Shown here: positions 1-10,300 of the stretch, piece by piece | Layout: each line of letters begins with the position of its first letter | Position numbering within the stretch: the stretch's first letter is position 1 | NCBI GenBank assembly: GCA_964057225.1 | Contig: OZ059895.1 | Span: 17,298,001-17,362,000, forward strand | DNA: 64,000 nt | Source: Auanema rhodensis | Lineage: Eukaryota; Animalia; Nematoda | Direction: 5' to 3' | Made by a program: the position numbers and the translations under genes | Notes under the pieces: generated by a model | Database searches by the model: none | Told to the model about the DNA's origin: nothing | What the model saw: the letters and a program-made list of their open reading frames with translations, nothing else

Positions 1-8
1 CTTATCAA

Positions 9-63
9 GCCTCATTGGCTCAGGGGCAGAGCGTCTGTCTAGTAAACATTCCAGCTTGAGGCA
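9..63 (+). pseudogene. tRNA-Thr pseudogene, 17-bp deletion class (55 nt; representative)
   Basis: CTAGTAAACA|TTCCAGC lacks GAAGGTCGCTGGTTCGA (end of anticodon stem, variable loop, 5' T stem, most of the B box); often also carries A66T (CAGCTTGAGGC). Confidence 0.93.
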
Positions 64-1370
64 TCTTTTTAGACTTTCTCAAACTGTTTGGAGGATCCAT
101 TTGTGCTTCTTGAAACTTTTGCTTCAGATTATATCTTCTCTTATTCATTCAAATGAAATATTTGAATTCAATATGTACACGCATTGTTGAAAGTGACAAA
201 GATATTATAATCGACAAATGAAAACAACTTATCAAGCCTCATTGGCTCAGGGGCAGAGCGTCTGTCTAGTAAACATTCCAGCTTGAGGCATCTTTTTAGA
301 CTTTCTCAAACTATTTTGAGGATTAATTCGTTCTTCTTGAAACTTTTGCTTCAGATTATATCTTCTCTTATTCATTCAAATGAAATATTTGAATTCAATA
401 TGTACACGCATTGTTGAAAGTGACAAAGTGATTATAATCGAGAAATGAAAACAACTTATCAAGCCTCATTGGCTCAGGGGCAGAGCGTCTGTCTAGTAAA
501 CATTCCAGCTTGAGGCATCTTTTTAGACTTTCTCAAACTGTTTGGAGGATCCATTTGTGCTTCTTGAAACTTTTGCTTCAGATTATATCTTCTCTTATTC
601 ATTCAAATGAAATCTTTATGTTCAATATGTACACGCATTGTTGAAAGTGACAAAGTGATTATAATCGAGAAATGAAAACAACTTATCAAGCCTCATTGGC
701 TCAGGGGCAGAGCGTCTGTCTAGTAAACATTCCAGCTTGAGGCATCTTTTTAGACTTTCTCAAACTATTTTGAGGATTAATTCGTTCTTCTTGAAGCTTT
801 TACTTCAGGTTACATCTTCTCTTATTCATTCGAATGAAATATTTGAATTCAATATGTACACGCATTGTTGAAAGTGACAAAGTGATTATAATCGAGAAAT
901 GAAAATAACTTATCAAGCCTCATTGGCTCAGGGGCAGAGCGTCTGTCTAGTAAACATTCCAGCTTGAGGCATCGTTTTAGACTTTTTCAAACTATTTTTA
1001 GGATTAATTCGTGCTTCTTGAAGCTTTTACTTCAGGTTACATCTTCTCTTATTCATTCAAATGAAATGTTTCTATTGAATATGTACACGCATTGTTGAAA
1101 GTGACAAAGTGATTATAATCGAGAAATGAAAATAACTTATCAAGCCTCATTGGCTCAGGGGCAGAGCGTCTGTCTAGTAAACATTCCAGCTTGAGGCATC
1201 GTTTTAGACTTTTTCAAACTATTTTTAGGATTCATTCGTGCTTCTCGAAGCTTTTACTTCAGGTTACATCTTCTCTTATTCATTCGAATGAAATGTTTCA
1301 ATTGAATATGTACACGCATTGTTAAAAGTGACTAAGAGATTATAATCGAGAAATGAGAATAACTTATTAA

Positions 1371-1442
1371 GCCTCATTGGCTCAGGGGCAGAGCGTCTGT
1401 CTAGTAAACAGAAGGTCGCTGGTTCGATTCCAGCATGAGGCA
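1371..1442 (+). tRNA. tRNA-Thr(AGT), intact 72-nt copy (representative of many in the array)
   Basis: Cloverleaf folded by hand: acceptor GCCTCAT/ATGAGGC, D stem GCTC/GAGC, anticodon stem TCTGT/ACAGA with loop CT-AGT-AA, variable AGGTC, T stem GCTGG/CCAGC with loop TTCGATT, discriminator A, no encoded CCA. A box TGGCTCAGGGG, B box GGTTCGATTCC, followed by T4/T5 runs. Confidence 0.95.
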
Positions 1443-1458
1443 TCGTTTTAGACTTTTT
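1443..1458 (+). terminator. RNA Pol III oligo-dT terminator (representative)
   Basis: TCGTTTTAGACTTTTT directly after the tRNA; the alternative allele is TCTTTTTAGACTTTCT. Confidence 0.75.
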
Positions 1459-1614
1459 CAAACTATTTTGAGGGTTAATTCGTGCTTCTTGAAGCTTTTA
1501 CTTCAGGTTACATCTTCTCTTATTCATTCAAATGAAATATTTGAATTCAATATGTACAGGTATCCTTGAAAGTGGCGCAGAGATTATAATCGAGAAATGA
1601 AAACAATTTATCAA

Positions 1615-1686
1615 GCCTCATTGGCTCAGGGGCAGAGCGTCTGTCTAGTAAACAGAAGGTCGCTGGTTCGATTCCAGCATGAGGCA
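1615..1686 (+). tRNA. tRNA-Thr(AGT), intact copy
   Basis: Identical to 1371-1442, 244 bp downstream, followed by TCTTTTT. Confidence 0.93.
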
Positions 1687-1858
1687 TCTTTTTAGACTTT
1701 CTCAAACTATTTTTAGGATTCATTCGTGCTTCTTGAAGCTTTTACTTCAGGTTACATCTTCTCTTATTCATTCAAATGAAATGTTTCAATTGAATATGTA
1801 CACGTATCCTTGAAAGTGGTGCAGCGATTATAATCGAGAAATGAAAACAATTTATCAA

Positions 1859-1930
1859 GCCTCATTGGCTCAGGGGCAGAGCGTCTGTCTAGTAAACAGA
1901 AGGTCGCTGGTTCGATTCCAGCATGAGGCA
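1859..1930 (+). tRNA. tRNA-Thr(AGT), intact copy
   Basis: Identical 72-nt cloverleaf. Confidence 0.93.
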
Positions 1931-3986
1931 TCTTTTTAGACTTTCTCAAACTATTTTGAGGTATAATTCGTGCTTCTTGAAGCTTTTACTTCAGGTTACA
2001 TCTTCTCTTATTCATTCAAATGAAATCTTTATGTTCAATATGTACACGCATTGTTGAAAGTGACAAAGTGATTATAATCGAGAAATGAAAACAACTTATC
2101 AAGCCTCATTGGCTCAGGGGCAGAGCGTCTGTCTAGTAAACATTCCAGCTTGAGGCATCTTTTTAGACTTTCTCAAACTATTTTTAGGATTCATTCGTGC
2201 TTCTTGAAGCTTTTACTTCAGGTTACATCTTCTCTTATTCATTCAAATGAAATGTTTCAATTGAATATGTACACGTATCCTTGAAAGTGGTGCAGCGATT
2301 ATAATCGAGAAATGAAAACAATTTATCAAGCCTCATTGGCTCAGGGGCAGAGCGTCTGTCTAGTAAACAGAAGGTCGCTGGTTCGATTCCAGCATGAGGC
2401 ATCTTTTTAGACTTTCTCAAACTATTTTGAGGTATAATTCGTGCTTCTTGAAGCTTTTACTTCAGGTTACATCTTCTCTTATTCATTCAAATGAAATCTT
2501 TATGTTCAATATGTACACGCATTGTTGAAAGTGACAAAGTGATTATAATCGAGAAATGAAAACAACTTATCAAGCCTCATTGGCTCAGGGGCAGAGCGTC
2601 TGTCTAGTAAACATTCCAGCTTGAGGCATCTTTTTAGACTTTCTCAAACTGTTTGGAGGATCCATTTGTGCTTCTTGAAACTTTTGCTTCAGATTATATC
2701 TTCTCTTATTCATTCAAATGAAATATTTGAATTCAATATGTACACGCATTGTTGAAAGTGACAAAGATATTATAATCGAGAAATGAAAACAATTTATCAA
2801 GCCTCATTGGCTCAGGGGCAGAGCGTCTGTCTAGTAAACAGAAGGTCGCTGGTTCGATTCCAGCATGAGGCATCTTTTTAGACTTTCTCAAACTATTTTG
2901 AGGTATAATTCGTGCTTCTTGAAGCTTTTACTTCAGGTTACATCTTCTCTTATTCATTCAAATGAAATCTTTATGTTCAATATGTACACGCATTGTTGAA
3001 AGTGACAAAGTGATTATAATCGAGAAATGAAAACAACTTATCAAGCCTCATTGGCTCAGGGGCAGAGCGTCTGTCTAGTAAACATTCCAGCTTGAGGCAT
3101 CTTTTTAGACTTTCTCAAACTGTTTGGAGGATCCATTTGTGCTTCTTGAAACTTTTGCTTCAGATTATATCTTCTCTTATTCATTCAAATGAAATATTTG
3201 AATTCAATATGTACACGCATTGTTGAAAGTGACAAAGATATTATAATCGACAAATGAAATCAATTTATCAAGCCTCATTGGCTCAGGGGCAGAGCGTCTG
3301 TCTAGTAAACATTCCAGCTTGAGGCATCTTTTTAGACTTTCTCAAACTATTTTGAGGTATAATTCGTGCTTCTAGAAGCTTTTACTTCAGGTTACATCTT
3401 CTCTTATTCATTCGAAAGAAATATTTTACTTCAATATGGAGCAGTATTGTTAAAAGTGACTAAGAGATTATAATCGAGAAATGAGAATAACTTATCAAGC
3501 CTCATTGGCTCAGGGGCAGAGCGTCTGTCTAGTAAACAGAAGGTCGCTGGTTCGATTCCAGCTTGAGGCATCTTTTTAGACTTTCTCAAACTATTTTTAG
3601 GATTCATTCGTGCTTCTTGAAGCTTTTACTTCAGGTTACATCTTCTCTTATTCATTCAAATGAAATGTTTCAATTGAATATGTACACGTATCCTTGAAAG
3701 TGGTGCAGCGATTATAATCGAGAAATGAAAACAATTTATCAAGCCTCATTGGCTCAGGGGCAGAGCGTCTGTCTAGTAAACAGAAGGTCGCTGGTTCGAT
3801 TCCAGCATGAGGCATCGTTTTAGACTTTTTCAAACTATTTTGAGGATTAATTCGTGCTTCTTGAAGCTTTTACTTCAGGTTACATCTTCTCTTATTCATT
3901 CGAATGAAATATTTTACTTCAATACGGAGCAGTATTGTTAAAAGTGACAAAGTGATTATTATCGACAAATGAAAACAACTTATCAA

Positions 3987-4039
3987 GCCTCATTGGCTCA
4001 GGGGCAGAGCGTCTGTCTAGTCGATTCCAGCATGAGGCA
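3987..4039 (+). pseudogene. tRNA-Thr pseudogene, 19-bp deletion class (53 nt; first occurrence)
   Basis: CTAGT|CGATTCCAGC lacks AAACAGAAGGTCGCTGGTT (3' anticodon arm through T55). Confidence 0.93.
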
Positions 4040-4826
4040 TCGTTTTAGACTTTCTCAAACTGTTTTGAGGATTCATTCGTGCTTCTTGAAGCTTTTACTT
4101 CAGGTTACATCTACTCTTATTCATTCGAATGAAATATTTTACTTCAATACGGAGCAGTATTGTTAAAAGTGACTAAGAGATTATTATCGACAAATGAAAA
4201 CAACTTATCAAGCCTCATTGGCTCAGGGGCAGAGCGTCTGTCTAGTAAACAGAAGGTCGCTGGTTCGATTCCAGCATGAGGCATCGTTTTAGACTTTTTC
4301 AAACTGTTTTGAGGATTAATTCGTGCTTCTTGAAGCTTTTACTTCAGGTTACATCTTCTCTTATTCATTCAAATGGAATGTTTCAATTGAATATGTACAC
4401 GCATTGTTGACAGTGACTAAGAGATTATTATCGACAAATGAAAATAACTTATCAAGCCTCATTGGCTCAGGGGCAGAGCGTCTGTCTAGTAAACATTCCA
4501 GCGTGAGGCATCTTTTTAGACTTTCTCAAACTATTTTGAGGATTAATTCGTGCTTCTTGAAGCTTTTACTTCAGGTTACATCTTCTCTTATTCATTCGAA
4601 TGAAATATTTTACTTCAATACGGAGCAGTATTGTTAAAAGTGACAAAGTGATTATTATCGACAAATGAAAACAACTTATCAAGCCTCATTGGCTCAGGGG
4701 CAGAGCGTCTGTCTAGTAAACATTCCAGCTTGAGGCATCTTTTTAGACTTTCTCAAACTATTTTTAGGATTCATTCGTGCTTCTCGAAGCTTTTACTTCA
4801 GGTTACATCTTCTCTTATTCATTCGA

Positions 4827-6290
4827 ATGAAAGAAAGGCTATCATCAATCTTCAAGATCCAACGCAGAGCTAGAATAGTGGTGAAAATATTAAAATTAAT
4901 ATTAAGTAGGCTAAAGAAAACACGATCTAAGTTGATAACAAACATGCCGTGGCTACACGATAGCGTGTCAGAAGAGGACGCAGTAGAAATAGTAATGATC
5001 CTGACACACCAGAAAAGATACAAAAGTGTAATAGACAATCCGAAATGGGATGATCTGGACATAATAGTTGACCAATACGGCATCAAGAGGTACAGAGGCA
5101 GAGCAGCCACTGATGACCTGATGAGCCTACCAGCGATACTCGCAGGAAAAGCTCAACTAACTCAGAACATGATACGGACTATTCATGAGAAGAATATGCA
5201 TGCGGGAAGAAACCTAACGCTGACTACGATGATAAGAAAATACTGGCCGTTACCTCTGAGACAAAGTATCAACACAATAATCAAAAAATGCATAAAGTGT
5301 AGAAGATTTAACGGTAGACCGTATAATTATCCAAAGTGCGGTACACTGCCAACAATAAGGACCGAGAAAGCCACGCCCTTTTCAAGGGTAGGCATAGACG
5401 GCATAGGACCATTTATGGTAGAGTACCCAAGTACTCCAGTAACACACAAAGCATATATACTTCTGATAACATGCTTAACTACAAGAGCTGTAAATTTAGA
5501 GTGTTTGCTAAATAATAGCACACCAGAATTAACACTGGCGCTAAGGAGACACTTTGCAAAATACAGAGTACCAGAAACCATGATCCTAGATAACGCCCAG
5601 ACATACAAAGGCGCACAGAAGTTCTTAGGAAACTTGAAACCAAACCAGATTCCGAAGCAACTGCATTACATGATAAACTCATTAAGAATAAAATGGAAAT
5701 TTATTACACCCTACTCACCGTGGCAGGGAGGGATCTACGAAAGATTAGTAGCTTCAGTAAAAAGCTGCTTGTACAAGGTAGCTACAAAAGCACATCACAA
5801 ATGGAAGATCAGGACATTAGAAACACTACTTATAGAGATAGCAAGACTGATCAACTCAAGACCACTATGTCCTATGAACGAGGATTCATTAGAATACATA
5901 TGCCCGATGGACCTTATCTTTCCTTATCCAGAAAGGACTACACCATTCGCAGATACAAAAAGGGAAAACACCCTCCAGGACGAATGGAACTCCATTAACC
6001 TGAGGTTAGAACAGTTCTGGATAATGTGGAAGGATCTGTATTTAACACATTTGAAAGAAAGGAATCGGATCGTCACTCAGTACAACAAAGGGTCCAGTCA
6101 AAATCCACGAATAGGAGAAATAGTTTTTTGCACTGATCAAAAAACTGATAAAACAAGATGGCACTTAGCCAAGATCGTGAAAATACATCCAGATGAACGA
6201 TCTCCACGCACGGTAGATCTTTTACATTCTGGCGGGAGGATCCTTCGGAGATCCGTACATACCATCATACCGTTAGAGATACAACAATAG
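4827..6290 (+). CDS. BEL/Pao integrase (3' part of pol; the ATG-AAA is supplied by the array)
   Basis: HHCC zinc domain (HEKNMHAG...CIKC), catalytic D-D-E (VGIDGIGP, ILDNA, PWQGGIYERLV), INSRPL, and a C-terminal DUF5641-like region (FWIMWKDLYL...GEIV...WHLAKI...RRSVHTIIPLE). Confidence 0.92.
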   Translation: MKERLSSIFKIQRRARIVVKILKLILSRLKKTRSKLITNMPWLHDSVSEEDAVEIVMILTHQKRYKSVIDNPKWDDLDIIVDQYGIKRYRGRAATDDLMSLPAILAGKAQLTQNMIRTIHEKNMHAGRNLTLTTMIRKYWPLPLRQSINTIIKKCIKCRRFNGRPYNYPKCGTLPTIRTEKATPFSRVGIDGIGPFMVEYPSTPVTHKAYILLITCLTTRAVNLECLLNNSTPELTLALRRHFAKYRVPETMILDNAQTYKGAQKFLGNLKPNQIPKQLHYMINSLRIKWKFITPYSPWQGGIYERLVASVKSCLYKVATKAHHKWKIRTLETLLIEIARLINSRPLCPMNEDSLEYICPMDLIFPYPERTTPFADTKRENTLQDEWNSINLRLEQFWIMWKDLYLTHLKERNRIVTQYNKGSSQNPRIGEIVFCTDQKTDKTRWHLAKIVKIHPDERSPRTVDLLHSGGRILRRSVHTIIPLEIQQ

Positions 6291-6374
6291 TATCAGCAGT
6301 TCATATATGCGATTGTTTGTTATCTTGCACAGTATTTCCTTATTCAACTTTGTTAAAAAATAACTATTTTAAGA

Positions 6375-6950
6375 ATGGAGTCAATTGATCTGGATTACGA
6401 TGCCATTCTAGATGATCTTGACAACACATTGATGAGCACTACTAACCTCCGAGTCCACGTTCCCGCTAATTCCATTCCGAAGACCACAAAACTATCGAAA
6501 GGTCCAACAGTTGCAGCTAACCACAAACACCGTGTTGAAGCAAAACAAAAAGACATGAGCATCGATCAAATCGAGATGAAACAAATAAAAAGAATGCTCG
6601 AGGATATAATTTTCACAATAAGAAGAAATGACAAGAGGCTTTGGACATATATAGAGAAGGAGGAAAAAAAAAGACACTGCCCCTTCTGCGAAGAATGCCA
6701 TCCAGCGGATAAATGCCGAGTAGTTAATACAATATCCCAGAGGCTACACTTTGCCCATGAAACTAAAAGGTGTTTAAAATGCTTGAAATCCAACCACGAG
6801 ACAGGGCAATGTCGGAGACCTACGCCGTGCAGGCATTGTAATTCTGGAGTGTGGGCCCACGCCTTATGCTGCTGCCCGGGACATGTAGCCGGACTCGAAA
6901 ACATGATGAGGAGAAATAAGCTCAAAAGAAAGATGGAAGATGGCCAATAG
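6375..6950 (+). CDS. 3' accessory ORF: helical/coiled-coil region + three Gag-type CCHC knuckles + basic tail
   Basis: CPFCEECHPADKC, CLKCLKSNHETGQC, CRHCNSGVWAHALC; ends RRNKLKRKMEDGQ. Confidence 0.8.
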   Translation: MESIDLDYDAILDDLDNTLMSTTNLRVHVPANSIPKTTKLSKGPTVAANHKHRVEAKQKDMSIDQIEMKQIKRMLEDIIFTIRRNDKRLWTYIEKEEKKRHCPFCEECHPADKCRVVNTISQRLHFAHETKRCLKCLKSNHETGQCRRPTPCRHCNSGVWAHALCCCPGHVAGLENMMRRNKLKRKMEDGQ

Positions 6951-7067
6951 TTGTTTTTTGTGTTTGTGATTTTTTTGGTTTTTTAGTTTTTGTTTGTTTT
7001 GTTTGTTTTTCTATACTCGTTAGTAAAAATCTTACCTTCTTTAGCTTTATCTTTTTTCCGCCCCCAG

Positions 7068-7331
7068 TGTCGATCGTAAGACCGAGATCAAAGATAGACT
7101 ACAACCACCAGGGTTTAAATACTCTGCAAGGATTTGGATGATAGGGCTCAGTGAGAAAGACTGCAGACACCCTAAGATTCCGTCAGACACGGAGACACAA
7201 CACTCTTTCAATTTAGATAAAAAGAGTAGTGCGAACACACAATCGAGATTCTCGACATCGAGAACGTACAAGATACAGTAAATTCTACGTATCACATAGA
7301 TCACGAATAACTAAAGGTAACTTATTCGACA
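7068..7331 (+). repeat. LTR of element 1 (264 bp)
   Basis: TG...CA termini with 6-bp inverted repeat TGTCGA/TCGACA, preceded by CCGCCCCCAG and directly followed by a TGG-initiated PBS. Only one copy is present, so the boundaries are inferred. Confidence 0.82.
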
Positions 7332-7342
7332 TGGCTCCCCGG
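7332..7342 (+). other. Primer-binding sequence complementary to the tRNA-Asp(GTC) 3' end
   Basis: TGGCTCCCCGG is the reverse complement of CCGGGGAG-CCA, the 3' end of nematode tRNA-Asp as I recall it. Confidence 0.8.
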
Positions 7343-10300
7343 AATATTTTACTTCAATAGGGAGCAGTATTGTTAAAAGTGACAAAGTGATTATTATCAA
7401 CAAATGAAAACAACTTATCAAGTCTCATTGGCTCAGGGGCAGAGCGTCTGTCTAGTAAACAGAAGGTCGCTGGTTCGATTCCAGCATGAGGCAGCGTTTT
7501 AGACTTTTTCAAACTATTTTGAGGATTAATTCGTGCTTCTTGAAGCTTTTACTTCAGGTTACATCTTCTCTTATTCATTCGAATGAAATATTTTACTTCA
7601 ATACGGAGCAGTATTGTTAAAAGTGACAAAGTGATTATTATCGACAAATGAAAACAACTTATCAAGCCTCATTGGCTCAGGGGCAGAGCGTCTGTCTAGT
7701 CGATTCCAGCATGAGGCATCGTTTTAGACTTTTTCAAACTATTTTGAGGATTAATTCGTGCTTCTTGAAGCTTTTACTTCAGGATACATCTTCTCTTATT
7801 CATTCGAAAGAAATATTTTACTTCAATACGGAGCAGTATTGTTAAAAGTGACAAAGTGATTATTATCGACAAATGAAAACAACTTATTAAGCCTCATTGG
7901 CTCAGGGGCAGAGCGTCTGTCTAGTAAACAGAAGGTCGCTGGTTCGATTCCAGCATGAGGCATCGTTTTAGACTTTTTCAAACTATTTTGAGGACTAATT
8001 CGTGCTTCTTGAAGCTTTTACTTCAGGTTACATCTTCTCTTATTCATTCAAATGAAATGTTTCAATTGAATATGTACACGCATTGTTGAAAGTGACTAAG
8101 AGATTATTATCGACAAATGAAAATAACTTATCAAGCCTCATTGGCTCAGGGGCAGAGCGTCTGTCTAGTAAACATTCCAGCTTGAGGCATCGTTTTAGAC
8201 TTTCTCAAACTATTTTGAGGATTAATTCGTGCTTCTAGAAGCTTTTACTTCAGGTTACATCTTCTCTTATTCATTCGAATGAAATATTTTACTTCAATAC
8301 GGAGCAGTATTGTTAAAAGTGACTAAGAGATTATTATCGACAAATGAAAACAACTTATCAAGCCTCATTGGCTCAGGGGCAGAGCGTCTGTCTAGTAAAC
8401 AGAAGGTCGCTGGTTCGATTCCAGCATGAGGCATCGTTTTAGACTTTTTCAAACTATTTTGAGGATTAATTCGTGCTTCTTGAAGCTTTTACTTCAAATT
8501 ACATCTTCTCTTATTCATTCAAATGAAATGTTTCAATTGAATATGTACACGCATTGTTGAAAGTGACTAAGAGATTATTAGCGACAAATGAAAATAACTT
8601 ATCAAGCCTCATTGGCTCAGGGGCAGAGCGTCTGTCTAGTAAACATTCCAGCTTGAGGCATCTTTTTAGACTTTCTCAAACTATTTTTAGGATTCATTCG
8701 TGCTTCTTGAAGCTTTTACTTCAGGTTACATCTACTCTTATTCATTCGAATGAAATATTTTACTTCAATACGGAGCAGTATTGTTAAAAGTGACAAAGTG
8801 ATTATTATCGACAAATGAAAACAACTTATTAAGCCTCATTGGCTCAGGGGCAGAGCGTCTGTCTAGTAAACAGAAGGTCGCTGGTTCGATTCCAGCATGA
8901 GGCATCGTTTTAGACTTTCTCAAACTATTTTTAGGATTCATTCGTGCTTCTTGAAGCTTTTACTTCAGGTTACATCTACTCTTATTCATTCGAATGAAAT
9001 ATTTTACTTCAATACGGAGCAGTATTGTTAAAAGTGACAAAGTGATTATTATCGACAAATGAAAACAACTTATCAAGCCTCATTGGCTCAGGGGCAGAGC
9101 GTCTGTCTAGTAAACATTCCAGCTTGAGGCATCTTTTTAGACTTTCTCAAACTATTTTGAGGTATAATTCGTGCTTCTTGAAGCTTTTACTTCAGGTTAC
9201 ATCTTCTTTTATTCATTCAAATGAAATCTTTATGTTCAATATGTACACGCATTGTTGAAAGTGACTAAGAGATTATTATGGACAAATGAAAATAACTTAT
9301 CAAGCCTCATTGGCTCAGGGGCAGAGCGTCTGTCTAGTAAACATTCCAGCTTGAGGCATCTTTTTAGACTTTCTCAAACTATTTTGAGGATTAATTCGTG
9401 CTTCTTGAAGCTTTTACTTCAGGTTACATCTTCTCTTATTCATTCGAATGAAATGTTTCAATTGAATATGTACACGCATTGTTGAAAGTGACTAAGAGAT
9501 TATCATCGAGAAATGAAAACAATTTATCAAGCCTCATTGGCTCAGGGGCAGAGCGTCTGTCTAGTAAACAGAAGGTCGCTGGTTCGATTCCAGCATGAGG
9601 CATCGTTTTAGACTTTTTCAAACTATTTTTAGGATTCATTCGTGCTTCTCGAAGCTTTTACTTCAGGTTACATCTTCTCTTATTCATTCGAAAGAAATAT
9701 TTTACTTCAATATGGAGCAGTATTGTTAAAAGTGACTAAGAGATTATAATCGAGAAATGAGAAAAACTTATTAAGCCTCATTGGCTCAGGGGCAGAGCGT
9801 CTGTCTAGTAAACAGAAGGTCGCTGGTTCGATTCCAGCATGAGGCATCATTTTAGAGTTTTTCAAACTGTTTGGAGGATACATTGGTGCTTCTTGAAACT
9901 TTTGCTTCAGATTATATCTTCTCTTATTCATTCAAATGAAATGTTTCAATTGAATATGTACACGCATAGTTGAAAGTGACTAAGAGATTATTATCGACAA
10001 ATGAAATCAATTTATCAAGCCTCATTGGCTCAGGGGCAGAGCGTCTGTCTAGTAAACATTCCAGCTTGAGGCATCTTTTTAGACTTTCTCAAACTATTTT
10101 TAGGATTTATTCGTGCTTCTCGAAGCTTTTACTTCAGGTTACATCTTCTCTTATTCATTCGATTGAAATATTTTACTTCAATACGGAGCAGTATTGTTAA
10201 AAGTGACAAAGTGATTATTATCGACAAATGAAAACAACTTATCAAGCCTCATTGGCTCAGGGGCAGAGCGTCTGTCTAGTAAATATTCCAGCATGAGGCA

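Larger units (their letters stand above)
1..4832 (+). repeat. tRNA-Thr(AGT)-based tandem array, segment 1 (244/227/225-bp units)
   Basis: GCCTCATTGGCTCAGGGGCAGAGCGTCTGTCTAG recurs every 225-244 bp with a conserved AT-rich spacer; the array runs off the left window edge. Confidence 0.98.
4833..7342 (+). mobile_element. BEL/Pao LTR retrotransposon fragment (5'-truncated: integrase - zinc-knuckle ORF - LTR - PBS)
   Basis: Non-array sequence inserted between ...GAATGAAA and AATATTTT...; Pao-type integrase, one LTR with TGTCGA...TCGACA termini, followed by TGGCTCCCCGG. Confidence 0.93.

Noticed and set aside
1371-1442. Amber suppressor (CTA anticodon) or intron-containing tRNA
   Set aside because: The 7-nt loop CTAGTAA centres on AGT; the 17/19-bp segments are structural V/T-arm sequence, not introns at position 37/38.
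1371-1614. tRNA-derived SINE
   Set aside because: The units are strictly head-to-tail with no per-copy TSDs or A-rich tails, and intact copies are perfect tRNAs.
7332-7342. TGGCTC derived from the array's own tRNA-Thr A box
   Set aside because: Only 6 nt match the array, whereas all 11 nt fit the tRNA-Asp 3' end and the position directly after the LTR is that of a PBS.
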